A stretch of 64,000 bases of DNA from Pelagomonas calceolata. Its lineage: Eukaryota. Below the pieces are notes generated by a model. It searched no databases. It saw only the letters and a list, made by a program, of their open reading frames with translations, and was not told the DNA's origin. Shown piece by piece: positions 43,401 through 53,348 of the stretch. The DNA lies in assembly GCA_918797485.1 (NCBI GenBank), contig CAKKNE010000005.1:4774001-4838000 (forward strand), given 5' to 3'. Every line of letters begins with the position of its first letter. The first letter of the stretch is position 1. The position numbers and the translations under genes were made by a program.

Positions 43401-44530
43401 CGTGGCCGAGGGCACGGGCCGCGTCGCGCGCTTCGAGTTAATTCCGCTCGAGGAGCTGGGGCGGCCGCGCGTCGATGTATTGGCATCACTGTCGGGAATC
43501 TTTCGCGACACCTTCGAGAACGTCGTTTTGTTGTTGGACGATCTCTTCGAGCGTTGTGCTGCCGCGGCCGACGAGCCTGTTGAGATGAATTATGTACGAA
43601 AGCACGCGCTCGATCTCGAAGCTCAAGGCGCCGAGCGGCCTGCGGCCCGACTCTTTTCGAATCCAGCGGGGGATTACGGATCTATGGTCAACGAGCGCGT
43701 CGGCAGCGGCGACCTGTGTCGAAATTAAATTTTAGGCGCCCCACGCCATCGACGCGCACCTGCGTCTGCACGCTGACCTGACTCACTGGTTGGTTTCCGC
43801 ACAGGCGGCGAGTGGGACGAGAGCTCGGCGCTCGGCGATACCTGGGCGTCGCGGAACGCGTTCTCGTATGGACGCAGCGACAAGGGCTCGAACCGCGCCG
43901 ACGTGCTCCAGTCTCTCCTCGCTACAACGGAGCGCGTCGTCCAAGAGATTGACTCGGTCGAATGTACGCGAGCTGTGTCTTGCGCGTGATCGACGCGTCC
44001 GTGTCTCACTGATTTCTCCCCGCGCAGACGGCCTCACGGACATACAAGAATACTACGCCAACACCGGCGCTCTGAAGGTGGCCGCTGAGAACGCGAGTGG
44101 TAACAAATGTTCGGTGTCAATCGTGGAGGCGTTCCGGGACGACGCCGACGGGCCGCAACCGAAGGACCTGGACGACGTTCTTCGGTTGGAGTATCGCTCG
44201 AAGCTACTGAACCCGCGGTGGGCGGAGGCGATGCTGGAGCAGGGCTCGGGCGGCGCCTACGAGGTGTCGAGTCGCTTCACGGCGATGGTCGGCTGGGGCG
44301 CCGTGAATGGTGTCGACGACTTCGTGTGGGACGGCGCCTCCGAGAAATACGCGCTCGACGACGCCGTGTCGGAACAGCTCCGCCGCTCGAACCCCGAGGC
44401 CTACCGGAACGTGCTGGCGCGCCTGTTAGAGGCGGCCGGCCGGGGCATGTGGAACGCCGATGAGGACGTCCTACGACGGCTGCGCGAGAAATATGCCGAC
44501 GCCGACGATTCTGTGGAGGGCGTTGCGTGA
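40426..44530 (+). CDS. chlH: Magnesium chelatase subunit H (CobN/ChlH family), plastid-targeted; three exons
   Basis: GFPLVGGPAG, GMHGTVEWLPG, YAANNPSESILAKRRG, LPTGRN, IDSVEYGLTDIQEYYANTG after removing introns 43706-43804 and 43964-44027. Confidence 0.92.
43706..43804 (+). mobile_element. Introner-like intron (99 nt, GC-AG) with TIRs and 8-bp TSD
   Basis: gcggcgac|ctgtgtcgaaa...tttccgcacag|gcggcgag; TSD 7/8; splicing gives VGSGEWDE. Confidence 0.85.
43964..44027 (+). other. Spliceosomal intron (64 nt, GT-AG), possibly a degenerate Introner
   Basis: Restores DSVEYGLTD; ctgtg near the 5' end; contains atcgacgcg. Confidence 0.85.
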
Positions 44531-45309
44531 GACTGCCTCGAGCCTCGGAGCCGCTATTTTCGGTTGTAACATGTGTTGACTAGTTAGCGAAGGCATGGTC
44601 TTACACGAGGCAGGTTCAGGGCTTCCAGGGACGGGGGGGTTTGCCAGGTTAGACGCGCGTTCGCCAGGCAGCGGCTTGGGAGTGTGGTCGCCGGGGAAAC
44701 CTCGGAAAGGCTCGACCCTAGTGCGAGCTATCTCCCGTCCTGAGCCACATGTGCGACGTCAGCGGCGTCAAATCTAGCATCGTCAAGAACGAAGGAGAGG
44801 GAACGAGAACCGCGACTCCGCCATCTCTGCAAAGAATGCAACGGCGTCGTGGGGCCGCCGACCTAGGGTACGGCAGCAGATGTACAGTTTGCAGCAAGCC
44901 GTCGTCCGGATGAGGGCAACGAGCGCAGCTACGAGTACGGGCGTCTCCCGGCGGCACCGCCGCGCCGGGCTCTTGGTTTCCACCACGTCGGCGTTCTCAA
45001 CGCCGACCGGGTCTTAGGTGCGACGCCGCCGGCCTCTCGAGAGAGACCGAGGGCGTCGCGGGGTGCGACGCCGCCGCGCCTCCGCGGCCGCATTTTTCAG
45101 GCTGTGAGCCAGTGAGTCACTGTGAGCGCAAAAAAGCGAAGGTTTCGCATGGCTATTGGTGCGTTTCACGAAGGGATGTTGACAATGTGGCGGTCTCACC
45201 TTATAGTTTTATCTCAAGCTTTTCTCGTCTCGGGCACGCGCTGTTTATCCTCTCTGTGAAAGCAGCTTTTTTGGCTGAATTGAGGGGCGAGGCGAGCTAC
45301 AACAAAAAC

Positions 45310-46449
45310 TTATCCGACCCCTCTGCCACTCGCGAGAAAGATCCGCGTATTCCAGAAGTCCTCGAGCATCGGGTTGAATCCCGACCGCGTCGCCGTCTCC
45401 GCCGCGAGGTCCGGGGAACGCGCGAAGAACTCCGCCGGCGGGACCGTGGCCACGGTGCCGACGCCGCCAGCGGCCGCGTAGGCCTTCGCGAGCCAGTCGA
45501 AGTCCGTGGCGAAGAAGACGTCCGCGTTCCCTTGCGCGTCGAGGTACGAATCCAGGTCGCGGTCCGCGGCGGCCACGAGCGGCGCGTTCGCCGCCGTGGC
45601 GTCGCGGCCGGTGGGGCGCGGCAGCTCGGAAAAATCTGCCAAAAAAAGCCGCGGCCGCGGCGCGCCCTCGAAGACACGGTAGAGAAATTGTAGGCAGCCA
45701 GTCGGCACGAAGGCGTCGCCCGCGACCGGGTCGTCTAGGGCGAGCGCCCGCCGCACCCAGGCGTCGGCCGCGGGCCGGAAGTCCTCGCGGCCGTCAACGA
45801 CCCAGCCCTCGAAGCCGTCCCGCACCTTGTCGTGAGGCAAATTATCCAGCAGCTCCAGCGCGAAGACGACCGTCGGGCAGCTCTCGTCCTGGAAGTTGGC
45901 GGGCAGCGTCCACTCGCTCCGCGCGTCGGCGACGACGGCCGAGGCGACGCCCGGGTGCGCGTCGTGCACGCGCCGTTCGAAGTTGGCACAGGCGTCCTGG
46001 GACGCGTCGACGCCCGCGTATCTACAATTCACAAAGACGTCCGGCGCGTTCGTCCGCACGTAATCCAAAAAATGCACCGCGTGCGAGCCGGAGCCGACGC
46101 CGAACTCGGCGACGCGCAGCGGCGGCGGGCGGCCGCCGGAGCGGGCCGCCTTGACGGCGTCGACGCGGTGCCACGCCAGAGCCCAGCGTGCCGCGGCATA
46201 GCTGTACCACGGCGCGAAGATCTCTGCCGGTGTCAGGAAGCCCGCGCGCGCCGTGTAGCGCTCGTGCAGCGCGCGCTCGTAGTCGGCGCGGCCTTTCATC
46301 TCGCGGAACGCGAACGCCGTGTGCGAAGCGAGCACGGGCAGCCGCGTCGCGAAGTAGCCATTTGGGCCGCACAAGGCATCGGCGATGACGTCCCGGACCA
46401 GTGCGCCTCGTTTCCGCAGCGCGCCGCGCGGGAGGACGCCGCGCGGCAT
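45310..46449 (-). CDS. NDUFAF7/MidA-type SAM-dependent methyltransferase
   Basis: ALCGPNGYF, FLTPAEIFAPWY, AEFGVGSG, ALELLDNLPHD, ADVFFATDF. Confidence 0.8.
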   Translation of the reverse strand: MPRGVLPRGALRKRGALVRDVIADALCGPNGYFATRLPVLASHTAFAFREMKGRADYERALHERYTARAGFLTPAEIFAPWYSYAAARWALAWHRVDAVKAARSGGRPPPLRVAEFGVGSGSHAVHFLDYVRTNAPDVFVNCRYAGVDASQDACANFERRVHDAHPGVASAVVADARSEWTLPANFQDESCPTVVFALELLDNLPHDKVRDGFEGWVVDGREDFRPAADAWVRRALALDDPVAGDAFVPTGCLQFLYRVFEGAPRPRLFLADFSELPRPTGRDATAANAPLVAAADRDLDSYLDAQGNADVFFATDFDWLAKAYAAAGGVGTVATVPPAEFFARSPDLAAETATRSGFNPMLEDFWNTRIFLASGRGVG

Positions 46450-46681
46450 CAGTGCTTTGTGGTGTGCCGCCGCACTGCTGCCGCCACTTCTGTTGGTGCG
46501 AATCCGCACCGCTGCGCCCTGCACCAGCTGTGCTCGGTGCTCTTTGATGAGCCGCAGCGATCAAATTTCTTGCACCAGAGATGGCACACTGGCAGCAACA
46601 GTGCACAGAACAAAACAAAAGCCAGCTCTAGGCACTGATGCGTCGTGCTCGGGCAAAAACGCTGGGCTCCAGGAGGGAGAG

Positions 46682-46702
46682 CTAGCGGCCGTAAGACACT
46701 AG
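46682..46702 (+). promoter_or_regulatory. CTAG-dyad motif copy
   Basis: gctagcggccgtaagacactagcaagc, 233 bp upstream of the minus-strand ATG at 46449. Confidence 0.75.
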
Positions 46703-46773
46703 CAAGCGAACAATAAACGCCAAACAAAGACAGATAGCGAAAACCGAGAGTTAACGGACGAGAACCCACCTCA

Positions 46774-49700
46774 TCAGGCCTCCTTGCGGCCGGCGAACAG
46801 GTAGCGCGTCGGGTACCACGGCGTGTAGGGCACGCGCGACCGCGCCTCGGCGTAGTACTCCGGCGCCGTGCGCGCGGCGACGTAGTCGACCTGGTCGCGG
46901 TTGAAGTAGACGCCGTCGAGGCCGAACCACGCCTTGTAGACGCGCTCCACGAGCGTCGACGCGCGGTCGAAGCGCTGCGTGAAGTCGATGAGGCAGAGCG
47001 CGCCGTCGTCGACCAGCAGGTCGAGCATGGCGTCGACGGCGGCCTTCCAGGCCGGGATCATCGTGAGGCAGTAGGAGCACGCCACGACGGCGCTGTCCTT
47101 CGAACGGAGGCCGAGCTTCGCGAGCGCCGCGGGCCCCGCGGTGATGTCGCACTGAATGAGGTCGACGCGGTCCGCGAGGCCCAGCTTGTCCACCCTCAAC
47201 TTCGCTTGCGCGAGGAGCTCGGGTGAGAGGTCGCAGAGCGCGACGCGCGCGCTCCGCGGGAGCGACTTGAGGTGGTCCGCGACGAACTCGACGTCGCGCG
47301 CCGTGCCGCAGCCGACGCAGACCAGGGCGTAGGTCGGCTGCTTCTTTAGCAACGTGGGCACGCGCGACCAGGGCACCGTGTATTTCAGGAACGTGTCGCG
47401 GTCCGGTAGTAGCGACTCGCGGAAGCCGTCGTAGCGGCCCGCCTGGTTCCGGTAGAAGGCCGCGACGTCCTTGTCCTTCCTCAGAGCTTGTCTAGCCATG
47501 GCTAAACATACGAGAGCGTCGTCCATGAGCGAGTTCTCGTACGTCTTCGACGACCCCGCGGGACACAGCGCGTCGAGGTCCGCGTCTTGGGGTATGGTCG
47601 CCGTCCACTGGGACAGGTACCAGCCCACGCGGTCGTAGGACTGCACCTCCCGATGGGGCAGTTGCGCCAGCGCCGGCGAGTGCACCGTGAAGAGATCCGT
47701 CGCCTTTTGCTGGAGCATCGGCCCCGGCGCGTACGACCGCCAGAAGACGCGGCATTTGGCGCGATCACATCTTGATAACATGTCCTTCACGAGCGTCGCT
47801 AATAGAGTCGGGGGCATCCAGTCCATGCTGTCCAATAACGACACGAACGTGAATCCAGACGAAGTAGGAGGCTCGGCGTCGCCCCAGGAGCCGTGGAAGA
47901 GCGTGACCCTTTCTTTGAGTTCCGCGTCGGACATGGCCAGCAACTTAGGATAGTGCTCGGCGCTCATGTAGCGCGGGCACTTGGGGAAGGCGTCGAACTG
48001 GCCCGTGCAGTAGCCGTGGTAGAAGTAGTTGTCGCGGCTCCACATGCGCGTCGCGAGGATTTCCCGGATCCTTTCGGAAAACACTCGAGGCCGCCGGTCC
48101 ACCAACGCGAGCTGCTCGGGCGGGATGCCGCCGAGCGGCGCGGCGTACGTCCACACTAAGGGCTGGCCCACGACCCAGGCCCCGAAGTCGATCAGTCGCG
48201 CGAGGTAGCCCTTCTTCAGGTCCTCAAACCTCAGATTTCGTTGGAGGGCCGACGAGATGCCCAAGGGTCGTGCGATCAACATAAATAAAAAGGCCATCAA
48301 CCCAGAAGTGCCGCAGAACATCCAATTATCTCTAAACAACTCATCCAAATTCGAGTCCCAGTAGCGCCGCGACGCGTCTCTCCGCAGTCTCGCTCGTAAC
48401 GACGGCCGGTAGTGCTCCGTGAAGACGCGCCTGCGTTGTACAGATACCGTCGCGACACCGCCGCGGCTCCCTCGCGAGACGCGTAGACTCTCATGCGGCC
48501 GCGTCGACGCCGTCGAGGCGGCGTGGTCTCCCGAAGAAGCCATCGCGTAGACTCTCACGCGATCACGAAGACGGCGTCGAGGCGATCTTCATGAAGACCG
48601 GGTCAAGTTCAAGTTCGTTTCCACGCCGCGTCGCCGACGGGTCGCTGCGGCCCCAGAGCGCGAAGAAGTCGTGCTGCGGCATCTTCGCGGCGACGCAGGC
48701 GAGCTTGAGGTCCAAAACGGCCAGCTGCGCCTCGTTCAGGTCGACGGCCGTGATGTGCTTCGGCTTCTCCAGGAGGTAGTCGAGCACGTTGCAGCCCGCG
48801 CTCGATATCGTCAGCACGACGTCGTCCGACGAGAGCTTGAGCTCCTCGCGCTCGACGCGGGGATCCTCCCACGAGATGTTGTAGATGACTTTTTGCTCCT
48901 TGATGGCCAGCGCAATAAAACCGCGCGTGTACGTGTCCGCGAAGATGAGCACGGCCTCGTAGGAGAAGTAGATCCACGCGCACGTCAGTCCTACCACCGT
49001 CATCGTCTCGTGGACCCAGTCCCTCCGACCGTAGCCCTCGATGGTCACGTGGAGCATGGTCGCCGATTGGGTAATAACCATGGCCGCGCAGATGAGGAGT
49101 TTCGTGTGGAGGTTGAGCTGGGCGTTCGTCTTCTTGAAGCGGGTTTCTTGCGGGCCGGCCGCGTGGGCCGACGCCGAGCTCCGGCGCCACCAGGCCCCGA
49201 GCCACCACAAATGCTGGCGGAAAATCACTAAACCCAGGCCAAAGGCGAAGAGCGAGTGCTCCAGGACCTCGAACGTCGCCACCACGTGATACAATATTCT
49301 AACAATGAAATAGAGCAGGGCGAAGGGCCAGTGGAGCTCCTTGGCGTGGGCGAGTCGCGCCCACGCCAACAGTACGGTCGGTAACTCTTCAATCAAGCCG
49401 GCCATGAAGAAGTGCGTGTGCTTCCTATACAGTAAGACACATAACCCGATCCCATAGAACGAGTGGTGCGCCCAGCCCGACTGGTAGTCTATTTCATCAA
49501 TATAATCGAGCGCGCCCGTCGCCAAATCAGCGATGCAATAGGCCAGGAAGAAGAGCGCGACTCTTCTATCCGCGACGGTCTCGCCTCTAGAAAATTCGTG
49601 CCCAAACCCGTGCTTGATGACCCTTCCTAAAAAGAAGACGCCGTGCGCGCTGCAGACGACGCTCGAGATCAGCGTCAGGATCCAGGCCCGCTGCTTCCTT

Positions 49701-49819
49701 CTTTGTTCATCGGTTTCGCACTTCGTGACTTTCGGACCGACGACCCTCCCAATAGCGTAGGCGACGGCGAGCAGCGCGATGGATAGCCCGAAGACCGTGA
49801 GGTCGTCCTGGAGGTCCAT
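46774..49819 (-). CDS. BTA1: Betaine lipid (DGTS) synthase-like fusion: TLC membrane domain + BtaA (DUF3419) + BtaB methyltransferase; two exons, about 945 aa
   Basis: TLC-like (FFLAYCIADL, GWAHH, EELPT, FALLYFIVRI); BtaA (YNISWEDPRV, ISSAGCNVLDY, VDLNEAQ, DNYFY, DSMDW, FWRS, DRVGWY); BtaB (FYRNQAGRYDGFRESLL, VGCGTA, SYCLTMIP). Confidence 0.82.
48431..48638 (-). other. Intron (208 nt, GT-AG) with internal 64-nt tandem repeat
   Basis: Phase-2 join GRSDP/RVFTEHY keeps the frame; cgcgtagactctca and cgtcgaggcg each recur at +64. Confidence 0.7.
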
Positions 49820-50264
49820 GGCTGCGCCGGATTCAAAATGGCGTCGGCAGCCGCTGAACACGTACGGCTTCGATTCGTGGCTATTCAGCGCGACGCTTCG
49901 TACCGGGCCGCAAGCACTTCGTATATCGCGCTTGCACACGTCTCCTGAGCACAGGCTGCACCAGTGTGGCCCTATGAGAGCTGTCGCTGGCTGAATCGAG
50001 CCGCCACCTGAAATCCGCGAACCCGCACGATCGCACCGGTCCCTGCGAGTATGAGGGGTCACAAAGGCAGTCGTCGCGTCGTTTGCAGACCTGCTCCAGC
50101 CGCTCGCTTGCGCCGGTCTCACAAGCCTGAAAGCCAAGCCATTTTTGCATCGCTTTTGCACGCGACCAAAGACCGTCTCGCGCGCAAAAATTGCCATCGA
50201 CGCGACGCCATCGTTGCGTCGTTCACCGCTAACTCGCAAAAACCGCAAGGATCTCTCATTAGCA

Positions 50265-51864
50265 ATGTTGCTCCGCACCACGCGCCGGCTCTCGACCTCG
50301 TTCTCGCGCACGCAAGCCCTGGAGGGCAACCTGGCTCGCAGAGAAGCGTCGTCCAAGCTCGCGGACACGACGGAGCCGCCCAAGCTCTCGCGCGCGGACG
50401 CGATCGAGGGCCGCCTCGCGAGACGCGAGGCCGCGGCCCTTTTGCAGGGCGCGGCCGAGGCGAGCTCCCTGACGCGCGCCGAGATGATCGAGGGCCGCCT
50501 CGCGCGTCGCGAGGCCGCGGCGCTCGTGCAGAGCCTCGAGGCGAGCCCGCGCCCGAACCTCAGCCGCAAGCAGGTCTCGGACGTGGAGTTGCACGCCTGG
50601 CTCACGGAGGACGTCGGCCTCATGGACGCGGTCGCCAAGGACTACGCGTCCATCCTGCGCGCCGAGGGCTACGACTCGCCGCGCGCCATCGCGGCGACGC
50701 CCGTGGCCGAGCTCGAGCGCAAGCGCGTCCGCCCGGGCCACGCGCGCGCGATGCACGCCTGCGCGGAGGACCTCGGCAGCGACGAGGGCGGCGCGGCGGC
50801 CGGCGTGAAGATCTTTGATTACGACACGATCGTCAAGTCGTTGTCCGTCGCGAATGCGATCGAGACCGTCGAGGATGCGTTTTGCAAGCTGGCCCAGGAT
50901 AAGGTCGACGTGCCCATGCCGATGCACATTACGATCGACGAGACCGCGACCGCGGGGCCCGGCGACTGCCACGTCAAGGGCGGCTACGTGAGTGGTGCCG
51001 CGACGTGGACCGTGAAAGTCGCCTCGGTGTCGTTCTACAAGAGCGGCGGCCCGCCGGGCGGCGGCGTGTTTGTCGTGATGAACGCCGTGACCGGCCAGCC
51101 CTGCGGCATCTTCCAGGAGAACCGCTTCATGACGGACCTGCGCACGGGTGCCGCGGGCGGCATCGCGCTCAAGCACTTCGGCCTCGCCGCCGACGCCCTC
51201 GGTTCCTCGAACACCATCGGCTTCATCGGCTGTGGCGCGATCGCGAAAGTCATGGCGCGGGCGGCCAAGGCCGTGCGCCCGGACTTCAAGGGCGTCTGCT
51301 ACGCGCCGGACGGCTCGCACGAGACGTTCGCCGCGGAGATGTCCGCGGAGCTCGGCGTGCCGTTCACGGCGTTCGCGTCCGTGTAGAAATCAATCATTGG
51401 GTCGCGTCGATGGCGTAGTTTCCGCCGTCGTATGAAAACGCGGGCTTACCGATTTGGTTCGCAGGTCGGACTCGGCCTCGGAGATGTGCGCCGAGTCGGA
51501 CATCATCTACACGCAGACGCCCGGGAGCACGACGTGCCTCGAGAAAAGCTGGCTCAAGCCTCATGCGACCATAATTTGCTCCGGAAGCGACCAACCGACG
51601 AAGCAGGAGATCCCCACCGACGTCCTCAAGGCCTCGAAGTACGTCTCCGACTTGACGAAGCAGACGTCCAAGGTCGGCGAGCTGCGGTCGGCGATCGCCG
51701 ACGGCTCGATGACCGAGGCCGACGTCTACGCCGAGATCGGCGAGGTCTGCAACGGCTCCAAGCCCGGCCGCGAGGGCAAGGAACTCATCGTCGTCGACCT
51801 GACGGGCACCGGTGCGCAGGACGCGGCGATCGGCCAGGTGGCGTGGGACAAGCTGGGCAACTAG
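50265..51864 (+). CDS. Ornithine cyclodeaminase/mu-crystallin family protein, copy 1, with N-terminal repeats and SAM-like domain; intron 51371-51464
   Basis: HVKGGY, MTDLRTGAAG, GFIGCGAIA, CSGSDQPTKQE, DLTGTGAQDAAI. Confidence 0.88.
51371..51464 (+). mobile_element. Introner-like intron (94 nt, GT-AG), absent from the paralog
   Basis: gttcgcgt|ccgtgtagaaatcaa...; contains gtcgcgtcgatggcgt; splicing gives PFTASDSASEMC, colinear with paralog PFTAMSSAEEMC. Confidence 0.8.
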
Positions 51865-52241
51865 AGGAGTCGCTGGAATCCGTTGGTTGTTTCTCCCATT
51901 GCTGCGTAAGCTCTGTCCCCTCTTCGCGGTACTCGTCCGTATGCGCGTGGGGTCTGAATTCAAATGGCGCTCCGCTCCGTTCCCACTGCGTCAAATCTAC
52001 CCTCAGCTCTAAGAAGAGCAATGTTGGGGCCGGGAAGCGGGGGTCGACCCCGTCGTCAAATCAGCTTTCAGAGGACACGCAGCTCCGCAAAAGAGCTCCG
52101 TTTGCATACATACACGCATGGATCCAGCGTCTGAGAAGTTAACGAGCGAACCGAGAGCTACGTCCAGCACGGCACGCTGTTTTTCGTTGCATTGCTTACG
52201 TGCACCAGGGAGCCGAGCACCACCCTCCGCAGGCTTCCAAG

Positions 52242-53319
52242 ATGATGCTCGCACGACTGAGCCGCACGATTGCGCAGCGCGCGCGGCCGCTGACGGCGCG
52301 CACGTTCGCTGCGCCCGCGCCGAAGATGTTCGATTACGACACGATTGTGAAGAGCTTGAGCGTCGCCGACGCCATCGAGACCGTCGAGGATGCGTTTTGC
52401 AAGCTCGCGGAGGGCAAGGTCGACGTGCCGATGCCCATGCACATTACCATTGATGAGACCGACAGCGCGGGCCCGGGCGATTGCCACGTGAAGGGTGGCT
52501 ACGTGTCCGGCGCGGCGACGTGGACGGTCAAGGTGGCCTCGGTCTCGTTCTACAAGAGCGGCGGCCCTCCGGGCGGCGGCGTCTTCGTCGTGATGAACGC
52601 CGTCACCGGCCAGCCCTGCGGCATCTTCCAGGAGAACCGCTTCATGACTGATTTGCGCACGGGTGCGTCTGCGGCGTCCCATCGCGCCGTCGACGCTTGT
52701 GACATAGTCGACCAACGCAGGCGCCGCGGGCGGCATCGCGCTCAAGCACTTTGGCAAGGGCGACACGATCGGCTTCATCGGCTGCGGCGCGATCGGCCGC
52801 GTCATGGCCCGCGCCGCCAAGGCGGTGCAGCCGGACTTTAAGGGCGTCTGCTACGCGCCCGACGGCTCGCACGAGACCTTTGCCGCGGAGATGTCCGCTG
52901 AGCTCGGCGTGCCCTTCACGGCGATGTCGTCGGCGGAGGAGATGTGCGGCGCGTCGGACGTGATCTACACCCAAACTCCTGGCTCTACCACGTGCGTCGA
53001 GAAGAGCTGGCTCAAGCCGCACGCGACGATCATCTGTTCGGGCTCGGACCAGCCGACGAAGCAGGAGATCCCCACCGACATCCTCAAGGCGTCGAAGTAC
53101 GTCTCCGATTTGACGAAGCAGACGTCCAAGGTCGGCGAGTTGCGGTCGGCGATCGCCGACGGCTCGATGACCGAGGCCGACGTCTACGCCGAGATCGGCG
53201 AGGTCTGCAACGGCTCGAAGCCCGGACGTGAGGGCGACGAGCTCATCGTCGTCGACTTGACGGGCACCGGTGCGCAGGACGCCGCGATCGGCCAGGTCGC
53301 GTGGGAGAAAATGGGCTAG
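52242..53319 (+). CDS. Ornithine cyclodeaminase/mu-crystallin family protein, copy 2, mitochondrial-type presequence; intron 52663-52720
   Basis: Near-identical protein to the core of copy 1; MMLARLSRTIAQRARPLTARTF presequence. Confidence 0.88.
52663..52720 (+). other. Intron (58 nt, GT-AG), absent from paralog copy 1
   Basis: Splicing restores LRTGAAGGIALKHF as in copy 1. Confidence 0.85.
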
Positions 53320-53348
53320 GCATGAGTGACCTAATCTTTTGAAGACCA

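Noticed and set aside
44590..44920. Minus-strand words resembling TPP (ccctgaacctg...gtaa) or cobalamin (gcaaactgt...gaacctgcc) riboswitch fragments next to a CobN/ChlH-family gene
   Set aside because: Key conserved elements (CTGAGA, GATC and closing AGGGA for TPP; GGGAA and GCCACTG for B12) are missing, and the words are antisense to chlH.
44774..44986. Minus-strand Cys-rich ORF ending in TGA as a possible selenoprotein
   Set aside because: Readthrough adds only two residues, there is no redox motif and no recognisable SECIS.
49820..50638. Apparent N-terminal extension of the TLC-BtaA ORF
   Set aside because: It begins at a non-ATG codon and is antisense to the OCD copy 1 repeats; the likely start is ATG 49819.
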